DNA from: Candidatus Tayloriibacteriota bacterium
Lineage (GTDB): Bacteria > Patescibacteriota > Minisyncoccia > Phycocordibacterales > HO2-43-120
Assembly: GCA_039934295.1 (NCBI GenBank)
Contig: JBDTMN010000003.1
Span: 10,625 to 74,624 of the forward strand
Reading direction: 5' to 3'
DNA: 64,000 bases
The notes under the pieces are model-generated. The model made no database searches. It was given only the letters and a program-made list of their open reading frames with translations, and was not told the origin of the DNA. Below, in pieces: positions 34,732 through 44,668 of the stretch (its first letter is position 1; each line of letters begins with the position of its first letter). The position numbers and the translations under genes were made by a program.

Positions 34732-35193
34732 TTATTTTAATTCAAACAAAGAAACTCTTTTTTCGAGTCCAACAAATTCCTTGCGGTCAACTTTAGTTTT
34801 CAGAGATTCTTTGATTGTTTTTACATCACTCTTCACGATGGTCATGTCTATTGCTAAATTGCCGATCATTTCCGTATGAGATTTATGAGTTTTAGAATCG
34901 TTGCCGAGAATTTCAGAATGTTTAGCGAGAGTTTCAGAATGCTTGTCAAGAGTTTTAGTATGGTTATCGAGAATTTCAGAATGTTTATCAAGAATTTTTG
35001 TATGCTTACCAAGAGTTTGCATAATATCAGTATACTGCTCCGCAACGACTTTCACTTTGTCCTGAAAATCTTCCGTAAGCGATCCCACATACCGTCTCAT
35101 ATCTTCATCTGACCTCTTATTTAGAGTATCAATATGTTGCTTTATCTCATCATTATATGGTTTTAAGATTTTTTCAATTTCAGAATTTTTCAT
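34732..35193 (-). CDS. Coiled-coil protein with tandem heptad-like DKHSEIL repeats
   Basis: KHTKILDKHSEILDNHTKTLDKHSETLAKHSEILGN. Confidence 0.4.
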   Translation of the reverse strand: MKNSEIEKILKPYNDEIKQHIDTLNKRSDEDMRRYVGSLTEDFQDKVKVVAEQYTDIMQTLGKHTKILDKHSEILDNHTKTLDKHSETLAKHSEILGNDSKTHKSHTEMIGNLAIDMTIVKSDVKTIKESLKTKVDRKEFVGLEKRVSLFELK

Positions 35194-35294
35194 GCGTTTT
35201 ATTATATCCTCACGTATCTTTAATGCAAGATAGCTACCACAGGCAGATTTTTTTGCATTTCCTTTTTTTCTTTTTTTCTCTTTTTCTCTTTTTT

Positions 35295-35335
35295 TTGATT
35301 CTCATTATTTGCATATGACTTATACGGCCGCATAA
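35295..35335. promoter_or_regulatory. Near-perfect 32-bp palindrome catatgacttatacggccgcataagtcatatg downstream of the giant gene and upstream of the 34732-35193 gene
   Basis: Inverted repeat seen directly; preceded by a long T/C-rich tract. Confidence 0.4.
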
Positions 35336-35435
35336 GTCATATGTATGTAACATTTCTAGAGATAATCTGGCGATAACTACAAGCAGAGCCCGGCTTAGAA
35401 AGGAGAGCCCTGCCTAGATTCTCGAAATCTTTTAA

Positions 35436-38400
35436 TTACTGACCGGGCACCGCATCCGAGGACATTTCCGATTCTGGAGGCACATCTACACTTGGAAGAA
35501 GAGGTGTTTCTCCTTCCAAATCTTCCGGAGAAGTAGAGGGAATATCCGTTTCTGGTTCCGGCTCTGGCACCCCTAATGTTGACGGAGTAGATGACGAAAT
35601 GACCGATGTATCATCGGGTGCTTCCGAATCGGAAGAAGGAGTGCTTGAAGCTGTAGAAGTGCTCGTTGGAGACAGGGCTGGAACATGTATCTCCAAAGAA
35701 GTGGTGCTTGATGCTGTAGGCGTGGTAGGTAAAGATGGGACGGATATGTCCGAAGGAGACGTTTCTACCGGTATTTCTGGAGCAGTCGTTACCATGCTCT
35801 CACACTGTCCTTCGGAAGTTTTCGTTTCTCCGTGCACAATTTTCAAACAGTAAGGGTCACCAGTCGCTTCATCGAAAAGAGTAATGCCCGAAGGTTTCTC
35901 CTTGCTTCCAACCTGTATCTCATCCGTCTCCAGTCTTCCGAAGATGCCCAAAGCGGATGTCACTTTTGCCACCACCCACTCCCCCGCCGACTGCACAAGC
36001 TCTTGCACAGCGGAAGCAACTCGAGTGATGAATGATGGAGATGATGAAGCAAGGGTATCGGCAGTTGAGGAAGCAATAAGGAGAGCGGTTGAGGAAGCGA
36101 TGGATGTTATGAATTTTTTATCAGAGGTGAGCTTGGATGCAAGAGTGGAGTCGAGAGTGAGGAGTGAAGACTGGAGGTCGCTCGTAGAACTTGCGATATC
36201 GGCAATCTTAGAGTCAAGAGAGCTGAAGTTTTCGTTCACTTTCTTGTCAGTTGCGTCAAGAGCTAGAGCTAGACTAGAAACTGTCTGGAGAGAGGAAGAA
36301 AGAGAAGAATTCAAAAGTCCAACGTTCGTCGAAAGTGACTCTGCGGTTGTGGAAGCGAGAGAAGCGAGGGAGGCATTGTGTTCTCCGAGCTCGGCTGTCG
36401 AACTTGCGAGCGAGCCGATTTGACCTTGCTGTTCCTGTATAGCTTTGGTAAGGATAGAGGTGAGGTCTTCGTAGCGAACTCCGCGAGGGGTAACTCCATC
36501 TGTGTCGGTGAAGACGAGTCGGGGGTCAACTTTGACAACGTCTTCGGCAATGAGACCGACATGTTGGTCGTTGCTTCCAATGTAGCTGAAGGAGACGGGA
36601 CGGAGAGCATTCACCATGTCGAGAGCGCTTAGGGAGAGCGTGCTGATGTCGTGCTTGAACCGCTCCGATGATGTGGTGCAGGTTTGGGCTCCCGTGTTGA
36701 CTTGGACTTCATTTTGAGCACTCAAACAGAGAGCTGAACCTGATGTGGTTTCCGCGGTCAGGCCGTCAAAGGCGACGGTGCCGGTGACGGAGAGTTTACG
36801 CCAAGGGGAGGTAGTGGCGATGCCAACGTTGCCAGTTGGAAATAGTACATTTCCAGCTGATGTTTGATTTATATCAATGTAAGAAACTGTTCCTGCAGCG
36901 TTTCTGACTAGGAATCCACCACTATCAAATGCAAAGGCACCAGAGGTAACCAATTTTCCATTTGCCCCACCTGTGCTCATAAGTTGTGGCCCACCATCAA
37001 TAAGAAACCCTTGATTGTTAACTGCGGGCATATTGATACTTCCATTCACAGTTAACTTTTGGGTTGGAGTTGTCGTGCCGATGCCGACACTGCCTGTATT
37101 TCTTATTACAAAATCAGATGAGGCGGCAAAACCTGTATTATCCATGGTGCCAGTAGTTTGAATTTTGAAACCAACGAAATTTCTTTGGTATCCCAACTGA
37201 ACTGACCCTTGATCTACCGTAAACTTTGCTAACGCTGCAGTAACTGAACTCCCTCCTGTCCCTTGGATTAAAGCCTGAGGAGTTGATCCTATATTATTTA
37301 AATGCAAAAGAGCTGAGGGAGTTGTCGTTCCAATCCCGACGTTACCAGAGGTATCTATTCGCATTCTTTCTCCATTCACTCCTGAAAATATATACCCATT
37401 CGCTCCACTTTGATTACCAAAAAATTCCAAATAACCTGTATTTGCTATTCTACTAATATCGTAGGTAAATGTGGGGCCACCACCTCCGTTTCCGACTCTT
37501 AATTGCTTTCTGTCAAAGCTGGCATTCGAAAGTGGTCCGATCTCAAGCATGGTCTGTGGATTTGTCGTCCCCACCCCCACATTCCCACTATCCAAAATCG
37601 TGAACAAAGGACTGTTGCTGGAATTCGTCGTCTGGAAATTTATGCCTGTGGTCAAACCCGCACCTTTCACGGAAAGTTTCGCGAATGGTGAAGTGGTCCC
37701 GATTCCTACATTGCCTCCATTCAATACAACTAATTTAGAATCTGCATACAAATAATCATCACTTGAATTTAAGGCGGCCATCACTAAATTAGCATTGCCT
37801 GCAGCATTGAGAGATTGGTACTGTTGCGTGTTTGGTACTCGAATACTTCCTCCGAATAGGACTCTGCCGTCGACTGACGTGGTAATAGTGTTTTGTGGAG
37901 TTCCATCTTGAAGAACGAACATCGAAGTGTTGGCTCCAACACCCATAGCTAACCCAGAAGTTCCCGCAAACATAGTAAACGACTTCCCACCCACTCCCGT
38001 ATTGGTAATCTTAAGGGCTGGAGAGACAGTGCCAGAAATTTCTAAAAGTTGGGTAGGATTGCTTGTTCCAATGCCGACTCTGCCTAAATTATTTATTTTC
38101 ATCATGGGGCCTGTTGCATTCGCAATGCTCAAAAGATCGCCCCCGTTTCCATTCGACCAGGCACTAAGCATACTTAATGAAGTGAACCCGACAGCGGGAG
38201 AGTTGTTAATGCTGATTGCTCCCTTATTTACACTGCCCGGACCAGTATCGATGTTAAGTACGTTTACCCCCGCAGGACCTCCAATCCCCACATTCCCCGA
38301 TGTCGCCAAAAAGATTGACGATGTCGCGGTCAAGGTTGTTCCGTTCGCCGAGTAGTAAGGAATTTGTCCTGTCGTTCCGCTTCCAACTGCACCACCCAAA

Positions 38401-41400
38401 CAACTCGTGCCGTCGATTGAGAAGCAAGGTGACGTTATTCCTCCCGCAAAAGTTGAAGTGGCATTTGAAGAAGTGGCGGTAAACGAACCCGCAAGAGCAT
38501 TTGTGCCCAAGTCTGACGAGCCGTTGACGGACAATTTTCTCCACGGTGAAGTGGTGCCAATCCCGACGTTGCCTGTGAAATTAACACGCATGACTTCGGA
38601 AGATGAAGTTGCATTATTTGCCGTGTTGAAAGTTAGAGCTCCTGAAATACCACTTGCGCCTCCTACAATTTTGGTGGCAATTATTGAAGCAAGTTCAGTT
38701 TGCACGCCGCCAGTATCAAGAAGGCCCCCAAAAGAAATCCTTACACCGCTTCCGAGCGAGGTGGAGTTGTTCGCCAAAATAAGAGGCGTTGTCGGCACTA
38801 ATGCGACAGAGTTAAATATCGAAACAGTGTCACTGACAACTCCATTTGACGACCCAAAGTTAACAGCTTTGTTTGAATTTGCAGTGTTTGGTGAAGAAAT
38901 CGAGAAGGTATCCGAGGAATCTCCCACTTGCCGTATCCCAAATGCTCCTAAACCATTAAATCCAAATTGATAGGAAGCATTCGCTGCGTTCGCTCTCTGG
39001 AACGCCATATATCCAGTAGCCCCACCGCTTGAGCCAATCCTAAGCCTCATAAGTTCTCCTTGTGCAGCGGTATCAATAGTTTTCCCGATACCCAAACTGC
39101 CATTGATATCCGTGAGGAAACTCGGGTTAGTCAAGCCAATCCCTACATTCCCTCCTCCTGTGGCAAATGTTGCGCCCCCCGCAAAAGTCGAGGTCGCCGT
39201 TGTTGAAGTGGCATTGAAATATTCTGCAACTACAGGACCGACGACGGAAAGTTTTGCGAAAGGCGAAGTGGTGCCAATGCCGACGTTGCCATTCGATAAT
39301 ATTCTCATCCTTTCTGTGTTGTTGGTTGCAAAAAGCATTGGGTTCGCCCCGTTTGTTTTAAGAATCAGATTATTGGTTGCGGCCACTTGGGCAGTATCAA
39401 AGTTACTAAGGCCAAAAATCGTGCCGGAATTTGTCGCTGACCCCTGTAAAATAGACACGCTCGCATTACCACCTCCACTAGAATTATAAAGCGATAGTGC
39501 TGAATATCCACCAGCTCCCGCGTTATACACCTCAATGCCTCCGAAACTCGTGTTGTTGGCTTTTATAACAACTGCCGTTCCTGAAAACACAGGACCTCCA
39601 TAACCGCCTACATCAAGAAGAGCTTGAGGACTCACCGTTCCAATCCCAACTCTCCCATTCTGCGCCAAAAAGATTGACGATGTCGCTGTCAACGTCGTTC
39701 CGTTCGCCGCGTAGTAAGGAAACTGTCCCGTCGTTCCGCTTCCAACCGCGCCACCCAAGCAACTCGTGCCGTCGATTGAGAAACATGATGCTCTTATGCC
39801 TCCGGCAAAAGTCGAGGTCGCCGTTGTCGAAGTGGCATTGAAATATTCTGCAACTACAGGACCGACGACAGAAAGTTTCGCGAAAGGCGAAGTGGTGCCG
39901 ATCCCGACGTTGCCATTATTAAGAATAGTGAGGAGTGCTGTTCCATCAATATTTACACGTCCAGTTGAAGATCCTTTAGCAATCTGGAATATACCAGTTC
40001 CATCATTGTCACTGTCTATTGCAATTTGCAGGTTGCTCACCGCTGAGATGTTTTGTCCTCCCGTAAATGTTTGGCCCACGCGCATTTTCGATACTCCAGT
40101 TTCTAATGATTCAAAATATGCGGACTGCCCAGACATCGAATCAACGACTATGCGTGGACCTCCCAACGAGTCGAACTGTGCTCGTATCTGACCTAGACCT
40201 GTATCCAGGGAACGGAAAACAGCAGCGGCACCGCCAGAGAGATTTGTATTGGTAAAGCGAGCAACCCCCCCCGCACCTCCGTCTGCCTCAACGTCCAACT
40301 TAAAAGTAGGAGACGTCGTTCCAATCCCCACACTCCCACTATCCAAAATAGTAAACAGCGGACTGTCGCTGGAATTCGTCGTCTGGAAATTTACTCCTGT
40401 CGTCAAACCCGCACCTTTCACGGAAAGTTTTGCCAGTGGAGAAGTAGAGCCGATACCAACATTCCCATTCTGCGCCAGAAAGATTGACGAAGTCGCGGTC
40501 AACGTCGTTCCGTTCGCCGCGTAGTAAGGAAACTGTCCCGTCGTTCCGCTTCCAACTGCGCCACCCAAACAACTCGTGCCGTCGATTGAGAAACATGAGG
40601 CTCTTATGCCTCCAGCAAAAGTTGAAGTGGCATTTGAAGAAGTTGCGGTAAATGAACCCGCAAGAGCGTTCGTGCCCAAGTCTGATGAGCCTTTTACGGA
40701 GAGCGTGCGCCATGGAGAAGTGGTCCCGATACCGACGTTGCCATCATTCCTCACTGTAAACAGATTGGTGTTTGCGCTGTTGTCCACGCGAAAGGCGTTG
40801 GTTGCCGATGTCGCTCCCGTTCCTCGAATGTGAAGTCGCGCAGAAGGAGCTATGGTGCCAAAACCATGTAATGTCGCGCCACCATTTGCGCCATCAGTAT
40901 CAAATCCATATACGTATGAGTCACTTGCTGAAATCGCAGTGTTCGATCCAAATACTGCAGATCGAGCGCCGGATACATTAAGAGCCGCTCCAAATCCTAT
41001 CGAGTCTGCGTTAGAGATAATCGAATTTCTCCCTACGACTACCGCACTTGAGCTACTTGCAGTTGCTTGTGCGCCCGACCCTATGACAACTGATCGAAAT
41101 CCTCGTGATTGAGCGGCATATCCAACAAGCACTGTATCGGATTCAGCACTAACTGCTGTCGCACCGATAACAATATTTTTAGGCTGGTCAGCTAGAGATT
41201 TTACACCATAGCCTATCAATACATTGAAATATGAGTTGCCCGTCGCCACAGTTTCAATATTATTCCCTAACAGTACTGATACTCCTAAACCTGTTCCCGT
41301 AATTATATTATTACCGATGACGAGATTATCGTCACCAGGGTGGGAGGGATAAGGTTGATTAGATATTACTATTGAATTATCAACGCTCGAAGCTTGAAGA

Positions 41401-43880
41401 CTCTGTTGACCGACAATACTTAGTTGTTGGGTCGGCGTCGTCGTCCCAATCCCCACATTCCCCGATGTCGCCAAAAAGATTGACGATGTCGCTGTCAACG
41501 TCGTGCCGTTCCCCGCGTAGTAAGGAAACTGTCCCGTCGTTCCGCTTCCAACTGCGCCACCCAAACAACTCGTGCCGTCGATTGAGAAACAAGGTGACGT
41601 TATTCCTCCCGCAAACGTCGAGGTCGCCGTTGTCGAAGTGGCATTAAAATATTCTGCAACAACTGCACCGACTACAGAAAGTTTGGCGAAAGGTGAGGTG
41701 GTGCCAATGCCAACATTGCCCGCATTGTAAAATATGTTTGAGCCGGAAGTCGTCCACTGGCTTCCAATAAAGGGCGAACCGTTCTGGAGAAATGTTCCAT
41801 TGAAGTTGAGATTTCCTCCGACGGACAGATTGCCTGCGAATGTTGAAGTGGCAGCTGTAGAGGTCGCCGTCAAGTATGCAACGGTCGGAGAAGACGAAGC
41901 TAAGAGCGCTCCTGTGCCTCCGCTTGAAAACAGCCAACCCTGTCCGAATGAAGTCGCGCCGGTGCCACCGTTAGCAATACCGAGAGTTCCGGAGACGCTA
42001 GCGAGATTCGAGGTAATGTTCAGCGATGAAGTCGCTACAAGGTCATATCCTCCGGATGCATTTCCAAGAAGAAGCTGTCCGAGTGAGGGAGGAGTAGAAG
42101 TTCCAGTGCCTCCATAGAGCACTCCGATTGATGTGGTGGCAGAGACTGTGCCGTTATTGGCTTGAAGAGGTCCGTTCAATGCATCAATGGAGAGTCCTCC
42201 GTTCATTGTTTGCAGAGCAGTGAAGGTGTTGGCCGTGTACGTCTTGGGAATAGTAGTTGAGCCGTTCACGAAAGAATTGACGAGAGTATTGGAAAAGAAA
42301 AGATTGGTGGAACCTTGGACGAGATTGTCAGAATTAATGTTGAGAGAAGAAGTTGCAACAGCTCCCACGAGACCGTTCGTGCCAAAGAGAAGTCCGTTCA
42401 ATGTGTCCAAGGTAGTATTCCCTGTTACGGCAAAGTCTCCACCGATGGTCTGGCCACCTGTCACAAGAGAGCCGAAGCGAGCAGTGCCATCTACATCAAG
42501 GTCAAATTGGGGAGTAGTGGTGCCAATGCCTACGCGGTGGTTCACTGAATCAATGAAGAGCGTATCGGTGTCGAAGGTGGAATTTCCTGCAAAGGTGGAT
42601 GTTCCGTTGATAGTGAGCTCGCTTCCGGAAAAAGTGGAGTTGGTGATGGTGGCTCCGGTGATTGTGGGATTGGTGAAGGTGCCATTGTTTGAATTTGAAT
42701 TTGAGTCAGAGCTTGAGTTTGATCGTCTGATACTGTCAAAAATTCGGTCGGTCTGGAGGGATTCGTGGAGAGCAAGACCGTAGAGTTGGTTCTGGAGATT
42801 CGTGAAAAGAGCGTCGACGTAGGATTGTGGGACACCTTGCGTAGTGTAGGTGGTGTAGTAGGTAGGGTTTTGGGTGATGTTTGTGGTAGACGGGTTGTTC
42901 TGAAAAAGAGAAAAGAGAGGAGAAGGCGTGGGGGAAGAGATGGGCGCAGGCGTGATTTGCACGGTTGGTTTCGGACAATATGCAGGTGTGGCTCCGGGCA
43001 TGAAGGGGTCGACGAAACATCGAAGTTTCTGCCACCAGTTCAACAGGGTGAGCGAGAGAGAGTCGGTAACTGTAGCGACAGAGTTTGTGACTGAAGCTAC
43101 GGAGTTCGTGATTGTAGTAATGGAGACATTGGGCTCGCTCTTTTTGGGACAATAGGAGGGAGTGGCCCAGGGAACAAAGGGGTCAATGACGCATCGAAAC
43201 TTCTGCCACCAGGATAAGCGTGCGGGTTGTGAAGCGGTGTCGGAAAGTGAGATGTCTGCGAGAGCAAGAGGGACAGATGCGAGTGAAGCGTCTGCAAGGG
43301 GAAGAGATGCGAGTGAAGAATCGGCAGGAATGTCTTCGGAGAGGACGGTGGAGTTAATTTTTTCTCTCGGATTGTCGAAAGTGCTCACGAAGCTTGCGAC
43401 AGGAGCTGTTTCGATGATTGCGAGGTGGGAGAGAGTAGTGAATTGATTTTGAAGAGAGACGTAGAGCGCGTTGAGATAGGTTGCGTAAGACTCGGTGACT
43501 TCTTCAAGATTGAATTGGGGAACGTAGATTGGGTTTTGGGTGATGGGAGGAGAGGAGAGCGAGAGAGATTGCGGGGAGAGGGCCGCGTCCGCAACGGACG
43601 CGGCATAATTACCTTCCCCATTCGCTACATGAATGCCAAGAGGAGAAGGAAGAGCGGTGAGAACACTTGTTAGGTATCCTTCTTGGAGAGAGTAAGAGAA
43701 GAGAGAAATACAACAGGTGGCTCCGAATACTAAAAAAGAAAAAATAGTTGAAAAACCCCCGGCCGTATTTTGTAATCGCCTTCGCATAAGCCATATTTTA
43801 TCATAGAAGCATTGGCAATACTTAAAAAAAAGTGGGGATAAACTAGGGTCGTCGATTCTTGCAAAAAAAATCCCGTCCAC
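35436..43880 (-). CDS. Giant (about 2800 aa) tail-fibre-like repeat surface protein with C-terminal phage S74 intramolecular-chaperone (autoproteolytic) domain; likely true start at the internal Met near 43787
   Basis: N-terminal TM/signal, then many ~70-aa repeats (NVGIGTTSPFAKLSV .. ATSTFAGGI .. CFSIDGTSCLGGAVGSGTTGQFPYYAANGTTLTATSSIFLA). The SSERFKHDISTL..LRPVSFSY segment matches the tail-spike S74 chaperone motif SDxRxK..I. A coiled coil and an S/T/P-rich tail follow. Confidence 0.8.
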   Translation of the reverse strand: MDGIFFARIDDPSLSPLFFKYCQCFYDKIWLMRRRLQNTAGGFSTIFSFLVFGATCCISLFSYSLQEGYLTSVLTALPSPLGIHVANGEGNYAASVADAALSPQSLSLSSPPITQNPIYVPQFNLEEVTESYATYLNALYVSLQNQFTTLSHLAIIETAPVASFVSTFDNPREKINSTVLSEDIPADSSLASLPLADASLASVPLALADISLSDTASQPARLSWWQKFRCVIDPFVPWATPSYCPKKSEPNVSITTITNSVASVTNSVATVTDSLSLTLLNWWQKLRCFVDPFMPGATPAYCPKPTVQITPAPISSPTPSPLFSLFQNNPSTTNITQNPTYYTTYTTQGVPQSYVDALFTNLQNQLYGLALHESLQTDRIFDSIRRSNSSSDSNSNSNNGTFTNPTITGATITNSTFSGSELTINGTSTFAGNSTFDTDTLFIDSVNHRVGIGTTTPQFDLDVDGTARFGSLVTGGQTIGGDFAVTGNTTLDTLNGLLFGTNGLVGAVATSSLNINSDNLVQGSTNLFFSNTLVNSFVNGSTTIPKTYTANTFTALQTMNGGLSIDALNGPLQANNGTVSATTSIGVLYGGTGTSTPPSLGQLLLGNASGGYDLVATSSLNITSNLASVSGTLGIANGGTGATSFGQGWLFSSGGTGALLASSSPTVAYLTATSTAATSTFAGNLSVGGNLNFNGTFLQNGSPFIGSQWTTSGSNIFYNAGNVGIGTTSPFAKLSVVGAVVAEYFNATSTTATSTFAGGITSPCFSIDGTSCLGGAVGSGTTGQFPYYAGNGTTLTATSSIFLATSGNVGIGTTTPTQQLSIVGQQSLQASSVDNSIVISNQPYPSHPGDDNLVIGNNIITGTGLGVSVLLGNNIETVATGNSYFNVLIGYGVKSLADQPKNIVIGATAVSAESDTVLVGYAAQSRGFRSVVIGSGAQATASSSSAVVVGRNSIISNADSIGFGAALNVSGARSAVFGSNTAISASDSYVYGFDTDGANGGATLHGFGTIAPSARLHIRGTGATSATNAFRVDNSANTNLFTVRNDGNVGIGTTSPWRTLSVKGSSDLGTNALAGSFTATSSNATSTFAGGIRASCFSIDGTSCLGGAVGSGTTGQFPYYAANGTTLTATSSIFLAQNGNVGIGSTSPLAKLSVKGAGLTTGVNFQTTNSSDSPLFTILDSGSVGIGTTSPTFKLDVEADGGAGGVARFTNTNLSGGAAAVFRSLDTGLGQIRAQFDSLGGPRIVVDSMSGQSAYFESLETGVSKMRVGQTFTGGQNISAVSNLQIAIDSDNDGTGIFQIAKGSSTGRVNIDGTALLTILNNGNVGIGTTSPFAKLSVVGPVVAEYFNATSTTATSTFAGGIRASCFSIDGTSCLGGAVGSGTTGQFPYYAANGTTLTATSSIFLAQNGRVGIGTVSPQALLDVGGYGGPVFSGTAVVIKANNTSFGGIEVYNAGAGGYSALSLYNSSGGGNASVSILQGSATNSGTIFGLSNFDTAQVAATNNLILKTNGANPMLFATNNTERMRILSNGNVGIGTTSPFAKLSVVGPVVAEYFNATSTTATSTFAGGATFATGGGNVGIGLTNPSFLTDINGSLGIGKTIDTAAQGELMRLRIGSSGGATGYMAFQRANAANASYQFGFNGLGAFGIRQVGDSSDTFSISSPNTANSNKAVNFGSSNGVVSDTVSIFNSVALVPTTPLILANNSTSLGSGVRISFGGLLDTGGVQTELASIIATKIVGGASGISGALTFNTANNATSSSEVMRVNFTGNVGIGTTSPWRKLSVNGSSDLGTNALAGSFTATSSNATSTFAGGITSPCFSIDGTSCLGGAVGSGTTGQIPYYSANGTTLTATSSIFLATSGNVGIGGPAGVNVLNIDTGPGSVNKGAISINNSPAVGFTSLSMLSAWSNGNGGDLLSIANATGPMMKINNLGRVGIGTSNPTQLLEISGTVSPALKITNTGVGGKSFTMFAGTSGLAMGVGANTSMFVLQDGTPQNTITTSVDGRVLFGGSIRVPNTQQYQSLNAAGNANLVMAALNSSDDYLYADSKLVVLNGGNVGIGTTSPFAKLSVKGAGLTTGINFQTTNSSNSPLFTILDSGNVGVGTTNPQTMLEIGPLSNASFDRKQLRVGNGGGGPTFTYDISRIANTGYLEFFGNQSGANGYIFSGVNGERMRIDTSGNVGIGTTTPSALLHLNNIGSTPQALIQGTGGSSVTAALAKFTVDQGSVQLGYQRNFVGFKIQTTGTMDNTGFAASSDFVIRNTGSVGIGTTTPTQKLTVNGSINMPAVNNQGFLIDGGPQLMSTGGANGKLVTSGAFAFDSGGFLVRNAAGTVSYIDINQTSAGNVLFPTGNVGIATTSPWRKLSVTGTVAFDGLTAETTSGSALCLSAQNEVQVNTGAQTCTTSSERFKHDISTLSLSALDMVNALRPVSFSYIGSNDQHVGLIAEDVVKVDPRLVFTDTDGVTPRGVRYEDLTSILTKAIQEQQGQIGSLASSTAELGEHNASLASLASTTAESLSTNVGLLNSSLSSSLQTVSSLALALDATDKKVNENFSSLDSKIADIASSTSDLQSSLLTLDSTLASKLTSDKKFITSIASSTALLIASSTADTLASSSPSFITRVASAVQELVQSAGEWVVAKVTSALGIFGRLETDEIQVGSKEKPSGITLFDEATGDPYCLKIVHGETKTSEGQCESMVTTAPEIPVETSPSDISVPSLPTTPTASSTTSLEIHVPALSPTSTSTASSTPSSDSEAPDDTSVISSSTPSTLGVPEPEPETDIPSTSPEDLEGETPLLPSVDVPPESEMSSDAVPGQ

Positions 43881-43907
43881 AACAAAGTCGTGGACGGAGA
43901 TGGGGAA

Positions 43908-44450
43908 TCACCAGTTCCAAAATATTGGATGCCGATGCCCAAAAGATTTGAGCTCCGGTGGCTTCACAGCATAGTCCAGCTTGCAGACTAAGCAGGTGTA
44001 ATGAAAATGGCACTGGTGCACTATTTTCCCCGGATCCTCACTTTCTCTTTTGGGAAAATCATCCCACCAGCCGGGACGACTAGCCGAGTGTCTTTTAAAT
44101 TTCCAGGGAGGAACTTCTCGCCAATAGTTCCTCCGAACAAACCATCCCCCAAAAAGATTTCTTTTCTTTTTGACCGAACCATCCTTTTGTGTAACTTCCC
44201 TGATTGAACAGCGGGGACAACGGCGATGAGCTCGGCGCACTATCCGAAATCCCACAACGCACGCCACGACGAGAACCGGAAAAACAGTCCAGAAAGCGCG
44301 GTACTTCCACGCAAAAATGAGCGAGATAAGCGTCACGAGAACAGCAGTCGTCTCCCATGCGATAAAAAGCCACCTTTTCAGGGACTCGATTTCTGATTTT
44401 GTGCGGTGAACATCTCGTACATGAGCCAATCCGTTTCCAAAAATTTTCAT
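43908..44450 (-). CDS. Membrane protein with Cys/His-rich C-terminal region
   Basis: Two TM helices; CPRC..C.FHYTCLVC cluster. Confidence 0.4.
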   Translation of the reverse strand: MKIFGNGLAHVRDVHRTKSEIESLKRWLFIAWETTAVLVTLISLIFAWKYRAFWTVFPVLVVACVVGFRIVRRAHRRCPRCSIREVTQKDGSVKKKRNLFGGWFVRRNYWREVPPWKFKRHSASRPGWWDDFPKRESEDPGKIVHQCHFHYTCLVCKLDYAVKPPELKSFGHRHPIFWNW

Positions 44451-44668
44451 ACGTTCCTTGTCTTTTCATTCGGTCAGAAGTTGCGGTTAAGAGTAAAAGT
44501 CTGGAAAAACAATTTCCAATTCAGATTCTAACATATTTACTCGATTCTCAATAACGAAATGCCGAGACTTGTCCTAAAGTAGCCATATTTCTCCAGTGTA
44601 TGCTATGATTTAAAAAAGTTTGCATTTTTTTACTATATAGCTTTTAGAAAGTCCGCATTTTCATAAAC

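Noticed and set aside
35599-43446. Many 60-200 aa ORFs on both strands inside 35436-43880
   Set aside because: Frame shadows of the highly repetitive giant gene; the single 2814-aa frame has clear domain logic.
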